A stretch of 64,000 bases of DNA, taken from assembly GCA_037129245.1 (NCBI GenBank), contig JBAXVE010000002.1, positions 23,441-87,440 on the forward strand, in the 5' to 3' direction. The DNA is from Desulfuromonadales bacterium (GTDB taxonomy: Bacteria; Desulfobacterota; Desulfuromonadia; Geobacterales; Pseudopelobacteraceae). Numbering within the stretch: position 1 is the first letter of the stretch; every line of letters begins with the position of its first letter. A program made the position numbers and the translations under genes. The notes below the pieces were generated by a model. The model made no database searches, was not told the origin of the DNA, and saw only the letters and a list, made by a program, of their open reading frames with translations. Shown one piece after another: positions 35,831 through 43,986 of the stretch.

Positions 35831-36893
35831 TATGGTTGCTGTCCGTGGCTCCATGTGAAATTGAGCGAAGCAGTTCAATACTTGCCGCTGTAACATCATC
35901 AACTGAAACCGATGTCATGCAGCGGTGATCGGTCGGACATTCCCGCAGCTTGCAGGGGGAACAGTCGACTGCTGCCCGCACGACGATCGATTTTTTGCTG
36001 TATGGTGATGTTCCCGCATGGTCGGTGGAGCCGAAGATCGCCGTGAGCGGGACATCGAAGGCCGCAGCGATGTGCATGGGGCCCGAATCGTTGGTGACGA
36101 AGAAGCTGCAGCGTCTGATCAGGGCCATCAGTTCGCGCACGCCGGTTTTTCCGGCCAGGTTCAGAGCGCTGCCGCCGAGGCGTGCGTCGATGTCGGCAGC
36201 GATCGCAGTTTCGCCCGGCCCGCCGAAGATGACAATTTTTGCCGACCACTCCTCTGCCAGGCGACGGGCAACTTCTGCAAAGCGATCAGGATACCAACGC
36301 TTGGCGGAACCGTAGGTAGCGCCCGGGTTAATGCCCAGAATGAAGTCGTCCGGCGACATTCCGTGACGTGCCAGCAGGGCATCTGCGGCACATTCTTCTT
36401 CGGCAGTCACGAAAAGCTTTGGCTGGGTTGTACCTCCGGCAATGCCAACGTGTTTGATAAGCGCCAGGTAGTATTCGACCTCATGCCCTGGAAACGGCCC
36501 ACGTCCCCGGTTGTAGGCTTCGGTCAGCAAAAATCCCCGGCCGTCACTTTTTCTGCCAACTCGTACCGGAATCCCGGCCAGCCAGGGGACCAGAGCAGAA
36601 TCGAATGAGTTGGGCAGGATGATGGCCGCATCGAACGAGCGTTTTCTGAGTTCGGCGGCCAGTCGCAGACGACCGGCAACTCCCTTGTGTGCTCCGAGCC
36701 GGTCAAAAGTGATGACATCGTCTATCCACTCGTGCGGGCTGAAAATTGGCGCAACCAGCGTATTTGCCAGAACGGTGATGTCGGCCTTCGGGAAGAAGCG
36801 GCGGATTGAGCCGATCGCCGGAGTCGTCATGACCGCATCGCCGATCCAGTTGGCCGAGCGGACGAGCAGGCGCCGCACAGAGGCAGGCTGCAT
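35823..36893 (-). CDS. waaF: ADP-heptose:LPS heptosyltransferase II
   Basis: RLLVRSANWIGDAVMTTPA and ILPNSFDSALVPWLAGIPVRVG closely follow the WaaF pattern. ATG 36893 has GAGGAG upstream. An alternative GTG at 36902 overlaps the Trm112 stop. Confidence 0.8.
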   Translation of the reverse strand: MQPASVRRLLVRSANWIGDAVMTTPAIGSIRRFFPKADITVLANTLVAPIFSPHEWIDDVITFDRLGAHKGVAGRLRLAAELRKRSFDAAIILPNSFDSALVPWLAGIPVRVGRKSDGRGFLLTEAYNRGRGPFPGHEVEYYLALIKHVGIAGGTTQPKLFVTAEEECAADALLARHGMSPDDFILGINPGATYGSAKRWYPDRFAEVARRLAEEWSAKIVIFGGPGETAIAADIDARLGGSALNLAGKTGVRELMALIRRCSFFVTNDSGPMHIAAAFDVPLTAIFGSTDHAGTSPYSKKSIVVRAAVDCSPCKLRECPTDHRCMTSVSVDDVTAASIELLRSISHGATDSNHNE

Positions 36894-36898
36894 CAGTG

Positions 36899-37096
36899 TC
36901 ACTCCTCAGCACCGCTGGATGGACATCCACCATGATGAGGTTCCGCGGCATCAGCCAGCAGAACAGGAATACCGTCCCTGACGGGGTACGCAACCCTGCA
37001 CGACCGACAGTGCAACCTTTCACCTCGTTCATCGATCTCAAGGCCGGACATGCAGAGCGGGCAGGCAAGTATGTGAACAAAATCGTGTGAGAGCAT
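36899..37096 (-). CDS. Trm112/YcaR family small zinc-ribbon protein
   Basis: 65 aa. ILACPLCMSGL...LHCRSCRVAYPVRDGIPVLL is the Trm112 (DUF343) signature with 4 Cys. Confidence 0.75.
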   Translation of the reverse strand: MLSHDFVHILACPLCMSGLEIDERGERLHCRSCRVAYPVRDGIPVLLADAAEPHHGGCPSSGAEE

Positions 37097-37182
37097 CGGA
37101 CCTGTCATGTGGTTAATCGGTAACTAATGCCACAAAAATCGCCATTTTTGAAGCTAAATCGCGGTATGGCTCAAGAATCATG

Positions 37183-37210
37183 TTGACGGCAGTTTGGTGC
37201 GGGTGATAAT
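37183..37210 (+). promoter_or_regulatory. candidate sigma-70 promoter for the Kdo-kinase-like / GT9 pair
   Basis: TTGACG-N16-GATAAT lies in the divergent 150-bp gap. Confidence 0.4.
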
Positions 37211-37259
37211 GCTTTTGACTGTCTGACGTCTGCAAAATACACTATTCTCAGCGATTGCC

Positions 37260-38045
37260 ATGCCAGCTGGCCAAGCCGTATCACCTGAAATTAAAGCGTC
37301 TTCGCACGATATGGACCATGTTCATTTCACTGACCGGGGCCGCTCCGTCGTTGTGCGAACGTGGGCGGAAGCCGCTGTCAGGACGGCCCTCAATTACTCG
37401 ACGCTCCATGAATGGGCATCGGTTCAGCAGTCGCGTGAAGCCATGCAGGGGCGGGGAGTGCATTACGGCGTACTGCTTCCGACAGACCCGCCAACCGCAG
37501 CAGTTGTACGCAGAAACCGCCACGGTGGTCTTTTCGGTTCCCTGACCGGAGAATATTTCCTCCTCCCGACGCGGGCACCACTCGAACTGGAAATCATGCT
37601 CCGTCTTGCCGCTTCGGGAGTTCCGGTTCCGGAAATCATCGGATATGTTATCTATCCGGCAGTCGGTATTTTTGCCCGCAGCGATGTCATAACCCGGCGC
37701 CTGCCACAGGGCAACGACCTGCCCGCTGCCTGGAATAATGCCAGCCCGACAGAACGTGAGGCGATCCTGGAACAGACACGGATTCTGCTTGAGAAACTTG
37801 AAAAGGCCGGTGCATGGCACGCCGACCTTAACATGAAAAATATTTACATTGCCTGCACACCTGCCGGGCCGGCGGCATACCTGCTTGACGTTGACCGGGT
37901 AACATTTCCGAACAGCCGGGATGTTGCACTGCGGAATTTTAAGCGACTGGCCCGGTCCGTTCGCAAATGGCGTAACCAGAAGGGGCTTGATTTCTGCGAG
38001 GATGCGCTTGCGCGTCTGACTCCGTGCGGAAGGGAGGGGCGCTGA
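37260..38045 (+). CDS. lipopolysaccharide kinase family protein (Kdo kinase KdkA-like)
   Basis: Shows the PF06293-type pattern: RRNRHGGLFG... and the catalytic loop AWHADLNMKNIYI. An alternative ATG is at 37311. Confidence 0.7.
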   Translation: MPAGQAVSPEIKASSHDMDHVHFTDRGRSVVVRTWAEAAVRTALNYSTLHEWASVQQSREAMQGRGVHYGVLLPTDPPTAAVVRRNRHGGLFGSLTGEYFLLPTRAPLELEIMLRLAASGVPVPEIIGYVIYPAVGIFARSDVITRRLPQGNDLPAAWNNASPTEREAILEQTRILLEKLEKAGAWHADLNMKNIYIACTPAGPAAYLLDVDRVTFPNSRDVALRNFKRLARSVRKWRNQKGLDFCEDALARLTPCGREGR

Positions 38046-39127
38046 TGCGGGTGGCGGCCGATCGCGTCTGCATCCTGATGATGAGCGCTGTGGGTGATAC
38101 GGTTCATGTCCTGCCGGTTCTGCAGGCGCTCAAACGGGCCAATCCGGCCATGCATGTGACCTGGATTCTGCAGCCGGGGCCGGCCATGCTGGTACGAGGA
38201 CACCATCTGATCGACGAAATCATCCTTTTCGACCGGACTGCCGGAATCAGTGGTTTTCTCGACCTTCGCAACCGTCTGCGTTCCCTGTCGTTCGACCTTG
38301 TGCTGGATCTGCAGGTGTATTTCAAGGCGAACATCATACTGTCATTCATCAATGCCCGGGTGAAGCTCGGTTTTGACATGACCCGCGCCCGCGACCTCAA
38401 CTGGCTGTTCACCACTCACCGTATCCCTCCCCATGACATGCAGCATGTTCAGGACCAGTATCTGGAATTCTGTGCCTGGCTGGAAGTTCCGGTTTCCCCG
38501 GTAAGCTGGGGGATCGCCCCGTGGAATGACGATGAACGTGCCTGGCAGAACGAGTTCTATTCCCGCCTCGACCGTCCGGCTGTGCCAATTGTGGTGGCTA
38601 CCAGCAAGGCTGAGAAAAACTGGTTCCCGGAGCGCTGGGCCGCAGTCTGTGATGCTCTGTACGTTGATTTCGGGCTGCAGCCGATACTGGTTGGCGGGCG
38701 TTCAAACGTTGAGGTTGCATGCGAGCGCATTATCATGGAACGGGCCGCGCACTCTCCGTTGAGTGCCCTGGGGAACGGCGGCCTGCGTGGTTTGGTGGCA
38801 ATCCTTGACAAGGCGGCGCTGGTGATATCGCTTGATACCGGTCCGTTGCACATCACCGTGGCACTTGACCGTCCGGTTATTTCGCTCATGGGGTATTCAA
38901 ACCCGAAACGGGTGGGACCATACCGCAGGTTTGCCGACCTGATGGTCGATGCTTACGGTGATCCCGGTGAGGAGTATCCGGTATCAATGGAAAACCGTCA
39001 CGACCGGATGCAGCGCATCAGCGTGGACGATGTTCTCGAAAAGGTTCAATTGTGGCGGTCGCGCTCTGCTGTTTCAGCTCGCGCAGCAGCTTCAACAATG
39101 GCGCCGGATCATCAATCGCCAGATTGA
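38045..39127 (+). CDS. glycosyltransferase family 9 (heptosyltransferase I/WaaC-like)
   Basis: The N-terminus reads RVCILMMSAVGDTVHVLPVLQALK. The ATG overlaps the preceding TGA (TGATG). The last 110 nt overlap the 3' end of lpxK on the other strand. Confidence 0.75.
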   Translation: MRVAADRVCILMMSAVGDTVHVLPVLQALKRANPAMHVTWILQPGPAMLVRGHHLIDEIILFDRTAGISGFLDLRNRLRSLSFDLVLDLQVYFKANIILSFINARVKLGFDMTRARDLNWLFTTHRIPPHDMQHVQDQYLEFCAWLEVPVSPVSWGIAPWNDDERAWQNEFYSRLDRPAVPIVVATSKAEKNWFPERWAAVCDALYVDFGLQPILVGGRSNVEVACERIIMERAAHSPLSALGNGGLRGLVAILDKAALVISLDTGPLHITVALDRPVISLMGYSNPKRVGPYRRFADLMVDAYGDPGEEYPVSMENRHDRMQRISVDDVLEKVQLWRSRSAVSARAAASTMAPDHQSPD

Positions 39128-40148
39128 GCCTGGCACAGTACGTCCTGTCCGCAAGTTCCGGTGGCAGTCCCTTCAGTTTCACTCCGTCTTTCTCCGTTGT
39201 TATGAAACAGTCTGCACCGCTAGAACGCATTGCTTCAGCCAGCCCGTCAATCCTCGTTTCGTCATAGTCAACGTGGTCGGGAAAGCTGATGACGTCGTTC
39301 AATTGAACCCCTTTGCTCCGTAACCCGTCGAAAAATGATTCCGGCGCAGCTATTCCGGCAAAAGCCAGCACGCTTCGGTTCTGCAGATCGGAAAATGGAA
39401 GCACCGGCCTGCCAGCGAGTGCAATAACATCGCTCAATTGGTGCTGTGACATGCAGGTGAGCTTGTCGGACATATCTGATGTCTTTACAGCCCCGGATGG
39501 ACAGCGGGTGTACAGTATGACATCTGCGCGCCGGGCAGCCTCACGGGGTTCACGCAGCACACCGGCCGGAAGTGTGCGCCCATTGCCGAACGGCTGAGCA
39601 TAGTCCAGCAGCAGGAGGTTCAGGTCACGATGCAGCCGCAGGTGCTGGAAGCCGTCATCCAGCAGAAATATATCCGGTTGAAGCTGTGCCATGGCTAACT
39701 GCCCGGCGGCATAGCGGTCGCTGCCGATAACGACCATCAACCCCGGCACTTTTGTGGCCAGCAGATACGGCTCATCACCGCATTCGCGGGCGCTCATCAT
39801 TACGGTCGCACCGTCACTGACGATGCAGGTCTGCCCTTCCAGACTACCGCCGTAGCCGCGTGAAAGGACGGCAACTTTATGACCTTGCGCCAGCAGATAG
39901 CGGGCGCAGAAGACGGTGAACGGTGTTTTCCCGGTGCCGCCGACAGTTATATTGCCTATGGACAGCACCGGCCGGGGGAGACGACAGGTTTTGAAAATTC
40001 CGCGGCGATACAGATAAGCACGCAACTTCAGGACTAGCGAATAGAACCATGACGCCAGGTTCAGGCAGCGCAACAGGAACAGCTCGGCCTGAGTACCGCT
40101 CTGTCGCTCAACGAGACTCTTCCAGTAGGTTTGATATGTAACGTTCAT
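39018..40148 (-). CDS. lpxK: tetraacyldisaccharide 4'-kinase
   Basis: The P-loop GNITVGGTGKTP, LSRGYGG and DDGFQH motifs are present. Confidence 0.9.
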   Translation of the reverse strand: MNVTYQTYWKSLVERQSGTQAELFLLRCLNLASWFYSLVLKLRAYLYRRGIFKTCRLPRPVLSIGNITVGGTGKTPFTVFCARYLLAQGHKVAVLSRGYGGSLEGQTCIVSDGATVMMSARECGDEPYLLATKVPGLMVVIGSDRYAAGQLAMAQLQPDIFLLDDGFQHLRLHRDLNLLLLDYAQPFGNGRTLPAGVLREPREAARRADVILYTRCPSGAVKTSDMSDKLTCMSQHQLSDVIALAGRPVLPFSDLQNRSVLAFAGIAAPESFFDGLRSKGVQLNDVISFPDHVDYDETRIDGLAEAMRSSGADCFITTEKDGVKLKGLPPELADRTYCARLNLAIDDPAPLLKLLRELKQQSATATIEPFREHRPR

Positions 40149-40236
40149 GCCCGGCCTGAAATACCCTTTGTATCAGAGATGATAAAAGCTGGTCTGGACT
40201 GTTGTTGATGCCATGTTACCACCGAGCGCTTAGAGC

Positions 40237-41490
40237 CTAACGTGCCATATCTACCAACAGGGCGGCGTTGAGGGCAATCACGATCAGGCCGACGATCCAG
40301 AGCACAGCGGCGCCGAACCGGTGATTGGCGTATGCTCCCATCACCGTCTTCGATGACGTCAGCCAGATCATCGGGAAAATAGTAAACGGAAGCTGCAGGC
40401 TGAGCGCGACCTGACTCCACAATATGCCGCTGAAAGGATTTTTGAGCATCAGTATAAGTATCACGCCGCCAAGCAGGGTGATAACAACGCCTGTCCGGGA
40501 ATGGATATCGGCGATGTCGAACGGCTCGCGATAGATTCCCGCAAAGACACTGCCACCGGCCATGGCTGCCGTCACCGAGGAGGCCAGGCCGGCGAAGATC
40601 AGCCCCAGTGCGAAGACTGTTGCCGACAGACTGCCGAAAATCGGCAGTAGAGTAGCGGTAACCTGTGGCAGTTCCGTCACCTGGATGCCACGGGCGTGGA
40701 ATACCGCCGCAGCCATGATGATCATGGCGCTGTTGATGGCCCAGCCGGCCCCCATGCCGGTCAGGGTGTCGAGGAACTCATACTTGAGCTGTTTCCGGAT
40801 GGCGGAGTCTCCCTGTTCCTGTACCTGGCGGCTCTGAATGACCTCCGAATGAAGGAAAATGTTGTGCGGCATGACCACCGCCCCCAGCACGCCCACAATA
40901 ACCGGCAGCGCACCAAGCGGCATGGAGGGCACTACCCACCCCTGCAGGGCCGCTCCCCACGAGACCTGTGCCAGGGTCAGCTCAAACAGAAACGCCAGAC
41001 CGATCAGGGAAACAAAGCCCATGATCCATTTTTCCAGGCGCTGGTAGTTTTTCGAGAAGAGCATGTAGATGGCAAAACCGCACGACAGCAGGGCACCGAC
41101 AGGGAGTGGCAGACCAGTCAGCATCTTCAGCCCGATGGCTGCACCCAACAGTTCCGCCAGTGCCGTGGAAACACAGGCCAGCATCGCGCTGCCAAGCATC
41201 AGATAGCGCAGCCAGGGCTTGAAATAGGTGGAGGCGGCTTCCGAAAGACACAGGCCGGTAACGATGCCGAGGTGGGCGGCGTTATGCTGCAGAACGATCA
41301 ACATAATCGTGGAGAGTGTCACAACCCATAGCAAGGTGTAACCGAATTGAGAACCGGCCGCCACGTTAGTAACCCAGTTGCCGGGATCGATGAAACCGAC
41401 CGTGACAAAGAAGCCGGGCCCGATATAGCGGAACAATTCCAGCGACGCCAGGCGCGAAGCCTGTTTTCCGATGTGGGAGAGCCAGTTCAT
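40237..41490 (-). CDS. mntH: Nramp family divalent metal (Mn2+/Fe2+) transporter
   Basis: GPGFFVTVGFIDPGNWVTNVAAGSQFGY (DPGN motif) and MPHNIFLHS are present, with 11-12 TM helices. Confidence 0.9.
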   Translation of the reverse strand: MNWLSHIGKQASRLASLELFRYIGPGFFVTVGFIDPGNWVTNVAAGSQFGYTLLWVVTLSTIMLIVLQHNAAHLGIVTGLCLSEAASTYFKPWLRYLMLGSAMLACVSTALAELLGAAIGLKMLTGLPLPVGALLSCGFAIYMLFSKNYQRLEKWIMGFVSLIGLAFLFELTLAQVSWGAALQGWVVPSMPLGALPVIVGVLGAVVMPHNIFLHSEVIQSRQVQEQGDSAIRKQLKYEFLDTLTGMGAGWAINSAMIIMAAAVFHARGIQVTELPQVTATLLPIFGSLSATVFALGLIFAGLASSVTAAMAGGSVFAGIYREPFDIADIHSRTGVVITLLGGVILILMLKNPFSGILWSQVALSLQLPFTIFPMIWLTSSKTVMGAYANHRFGAAVLWIVGLIVIALNAALLVDMAR

Positions 41491-41532
41491 CTGTCCGCTT
41501 CGGGACGGCTCGCGTCAGTCATTAGGCTCACG

Positions 41533-42060
41533 TCAGTCATTAATGTACTGCAGCGAATATTTTACGTAATTGTCGGCTGATTTCGGCAACCAGGCGATTT
41601 CTTCGGGGGTCAGATCACGCTTGTAGCGAGCCGGCGAGCCGACCCACAAGGTGCGGGGTGGGATGATGGTTCCTTCGGTTACCAGCGCCCGTGCTCCCAC
41701 CAGTGCTCCTTCGCCGACCACGGCGTGATCCATCACCATCGCCTGCATGCCGATGAAACAGCCGTTCTGGAGTGTGCAGCCGTGCAGCGTGACGCTGTGG
41801 CCGATGGTTACGTCGTCGCCGATAATCAGCGGAGCACCGGGGTCATCGGCATGTTTTTTGTGGGTGACGTGCAGCATGGAGAGATCCTGAACATTGCTGC
41901 GGGCGCCGATGCGAATGTGGTTGACGTCACCACGGACAACGCAGTTGTACCAGACGCTTGACTGCGGCCCCATTACCACATCGCCGATGATTACGGCGGT
42001 TTCGGCGACAAAGGCGGTCGGATCTATGGCGGGCCGGACGCCCTGGAATGATCTGATCAT
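41533..42060 (-). CDS. gamma-class carbonic anhydrase family / hexapeptide-repeat protein (YrdA/PaaY-like)
   Basis: Has left-handed beta-helix repeats. FVAETAVIIGDV..., VRGDVNHIRIG, HVTH... and the HGC block carry the His ligands. Confidence 0.85.
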   Translation of the reverse strand: MIRSFQGVRPAIDPTAFVAETAVIIGDVVMGPQSSVWYNCVVRGDVNHIRIGARSNVQDLSMLHVTHKKHADDPGAPLIIGDDVTIGHSVTLHGCTLQNGCFIGMQAMVMDHAVVGEGALVGARALVTEGTIIPPRTLWVGSPARYKRDLTPEEIAWLPKSADNYVKYSLQYIND

Positions 42061-42229
42061 GGCATGTTCCTCATCGATAGTTTGTGTGCGACGGATGAGT
42101 ATAACCGCTCTGCGGAGAGTTGGCAATCGTGGCGTTTACAACGGAAGCTGAAGATTAAACTACTTGTTGCCGGGCCAGGATTTTGCTATGGTGCGAAGTC
42201 TATTTCAAGCGACAAGGGGATCTTACACG

Positions 42230-43066
42230 ATGAAATTCACCAAGATGGAGGGTGCCGGCAACGACTATGTCTATGTGAACTGTTTCGAAGAGACGGTCAG
42301 TGATCCGCAAAAGACCGCCATAGCTGTCTCAAACCGTAATTTCGGCATTGGTTCGGACGGCCTGATTCTGATCATGCCGTCCACAGTGGCCGATGTACGG
42401 ATGCGGATGTTCAATTCCGACGGCTCCGAATCTGAAATGTGCGGCAACGGCATCCGCTGCGTTGCCAAATACGCCTACGATCACGGCCTGGTATCGAAGA
42501 AGGAAATCACCGCCGAGACCGGTGCCGGCGTTTTGACGTTACAGCTTGTTTCAGGCCCCGACGGCAAGATCGCCAAGGTGCGGGTCAACATGGGGCCGCC
42601 GCGTCTGCTGCGAAACGAAATCCCGATGACCGGGACACCGGACGCAAAGGTGGTAGCCGAAAAACTGACCGTGCTGGACAAAACCTTTGAAATCACCTGT
42701 GCCTCGATGGGCAACCCTCATTGTGTAATTTTTGTTGATGACGTGGAAAACTTCCCGGTCACAACCTACGGCCCGCATATTGAAAATCACGAGCTCTTTC
42801 CCCGTCGTACAAACGTGGAGTTCGTGCAGATCATTTCACGCACGGAGGTACGTCAGCGCACCTGGGAACGCGGTGCCGGCGAAACCCTGGCCTGCGGAAC
42901 CGGTTCCAGCGCCGTTATGGCGGCCTGTGTGCTGAACGGCCTGACCGAGAAGAAGATTCTCAACCACCTCTCAGGAGGAGACCTGGAAATGGAATGGGCC
43001 GACGATGGTTCGATTTACATGACCGGCCCGGCGGTTGAGGTTTTCAGCGGGGAAATCACCCTCTAG
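42230..43066 (+). CDS. dapF: diaminopimelate epimerase
   Basis: MKFTKMEGAGNDYVYV and both catalytic Cys blocks (SEMCGNGIRC, ETLACGTGS) are present. Confidence 0.95.
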   Translation: MKFTKMEGAGNDYVYVNCFEETVSDPQKTAIAVSNRNFGIGSDGLILIMPSTVADVRMRMFNSDGSESEMCGNGIRCVAKYAYDHGLVSKKEITAETGAGVLTLQLVSGPDGKIAKVRVNMGPPRLLRNEIPMTGTPDAKVVAEKLTVLDKTFEITCASMGNPHCVIFVDDVENFPVTTYGPHIENHELFPRRTNVEFVQIISRTEVRQRTWERGAGETLACGTGSSAVMAACVLNGLTEKKILNHLSGGDLEMEWADDGSIYMTGPAVEVFSGEITL

Positions 43067-43091
43067 GCAGGGTGTGATATTCAGGATACCT

Positions 43092-43970
43092 ATGCAGCGA
43101 GCCGTCAATATCACAAACATCCTTCTGGGAATCATCATTATTGCCCTGCTGGCCGGTATTGTTGCGGAGCGCCTGACCGCGCGCCTTGCAAGCACGGTTA
43201 TACCCAAAAAGAGCGGAGCTAACGGCACCCCGTCGTATACTCCGCTCCGTACGGAAGAGCTTTCTTTTTATTCCCCGATCATGGCCACCGGGCTTTTCGG
43301 TAGAGCATCCCAGGGACAGCTTACCCCGATCACGGCAGCCACCGCAGCGGCTCAGGCCGCTCCCGTCACCGCCCCGGCAGAACTGATGCTGCTCGGCACC
43401 GTCGTAGGCTCATTCCGCGAGACATTCGCCCTGGTGCGCCATATGACAAAGCAGGAAGAACGGGTATTCCGTCTGGGTGAGCAAGTCTTTGACGCGGGTC
43501 GACTGGCCGACGTCGGCAGGGAACGCGCTTTTATCATCATCAACAACAAAAAGGTGGAGCTGCTGACTCCGATGACCCCGCCCGCTGCAGCGCCTGCCAC
43601 ATCTCATCCCGTCAGCCAGCAGAGCACAGCCGGTGTCGCCAGTCAGGGGAACGGAAATTTCGTCATTGACCAGCGGGCGCTTAACGCATCTCTCGACAAT
43701 CCCGCCCAGGCAATGACCGATGCGCGGCTGCTGCCGAGCCAGAAAGATGGGAAAGTTGAAGGATTCCGCGCTTCCGAAGTCAAGCCGGGCGGGGTATTTG
43801 CGATGATCGGCATCAAGAATGGGGATGTTCTGCTGCGGCTGAACGACTTTCCGATGGACGCGCCCGACAAGGCGCTGCAGTCATTCATCGCCCTCAAGGG
43901 GCAGAACCGGCTCAAGCTGGACCTGATCAGGGACGGGCAGCCGGTAACTTTCAATTATGACATACGGTAA
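43092..43970 (+). CDS. gspC: type II secretion system protein GspC (TM anchor + PDZ)
   Basis: Has an N-terminal TM helix (ILLGIIIIALLAGIV), an HR-like region and a C-terminal PDZ (VKPGGVFAMIGIKNGDVLLRLNDFPM). It lies immediately upstream of gspD. Confidence 0.7.
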   Translation: MQRAVNITNILLGIIIIALLAGIVAERLTARLASTVIPKKSGANGTPSYTPLRTEELSFYSPIMATGLFGRASQGQLTPITAATAAAQAAPVTAPAELMLLGTVVGSFRETFALVRHMTKQEERVFRLGEQVFDAGRLADVGRERAFIIINNKKVELLTPMTPPAAAPATSHPVSQQSTAGVASQGNGNFVIDQRALNASLDNPAQAMTDARLLPSQKDGKVEGFRASEVKPGGVFAMIGIKNGDVLLRLNDFPMDAPDKALQSFIALKGQNRLKLDLIRDGQPVTFNYDIR

Positions 43971-43986
43971 CTTCCTGGAGGCGTAC

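Noticed and set aside
41491-41532. A yybP-ykoY Mn2+ riboswitch or MntR box upstream of mntH. I also looked for a lysine riboswitch upstream of dapF (42061-42229).
   Set aside because: The 42-nt gap is too short for a riboswitch. The 169-nt divergent region lacks the conserved cores I remember for either RNA class.
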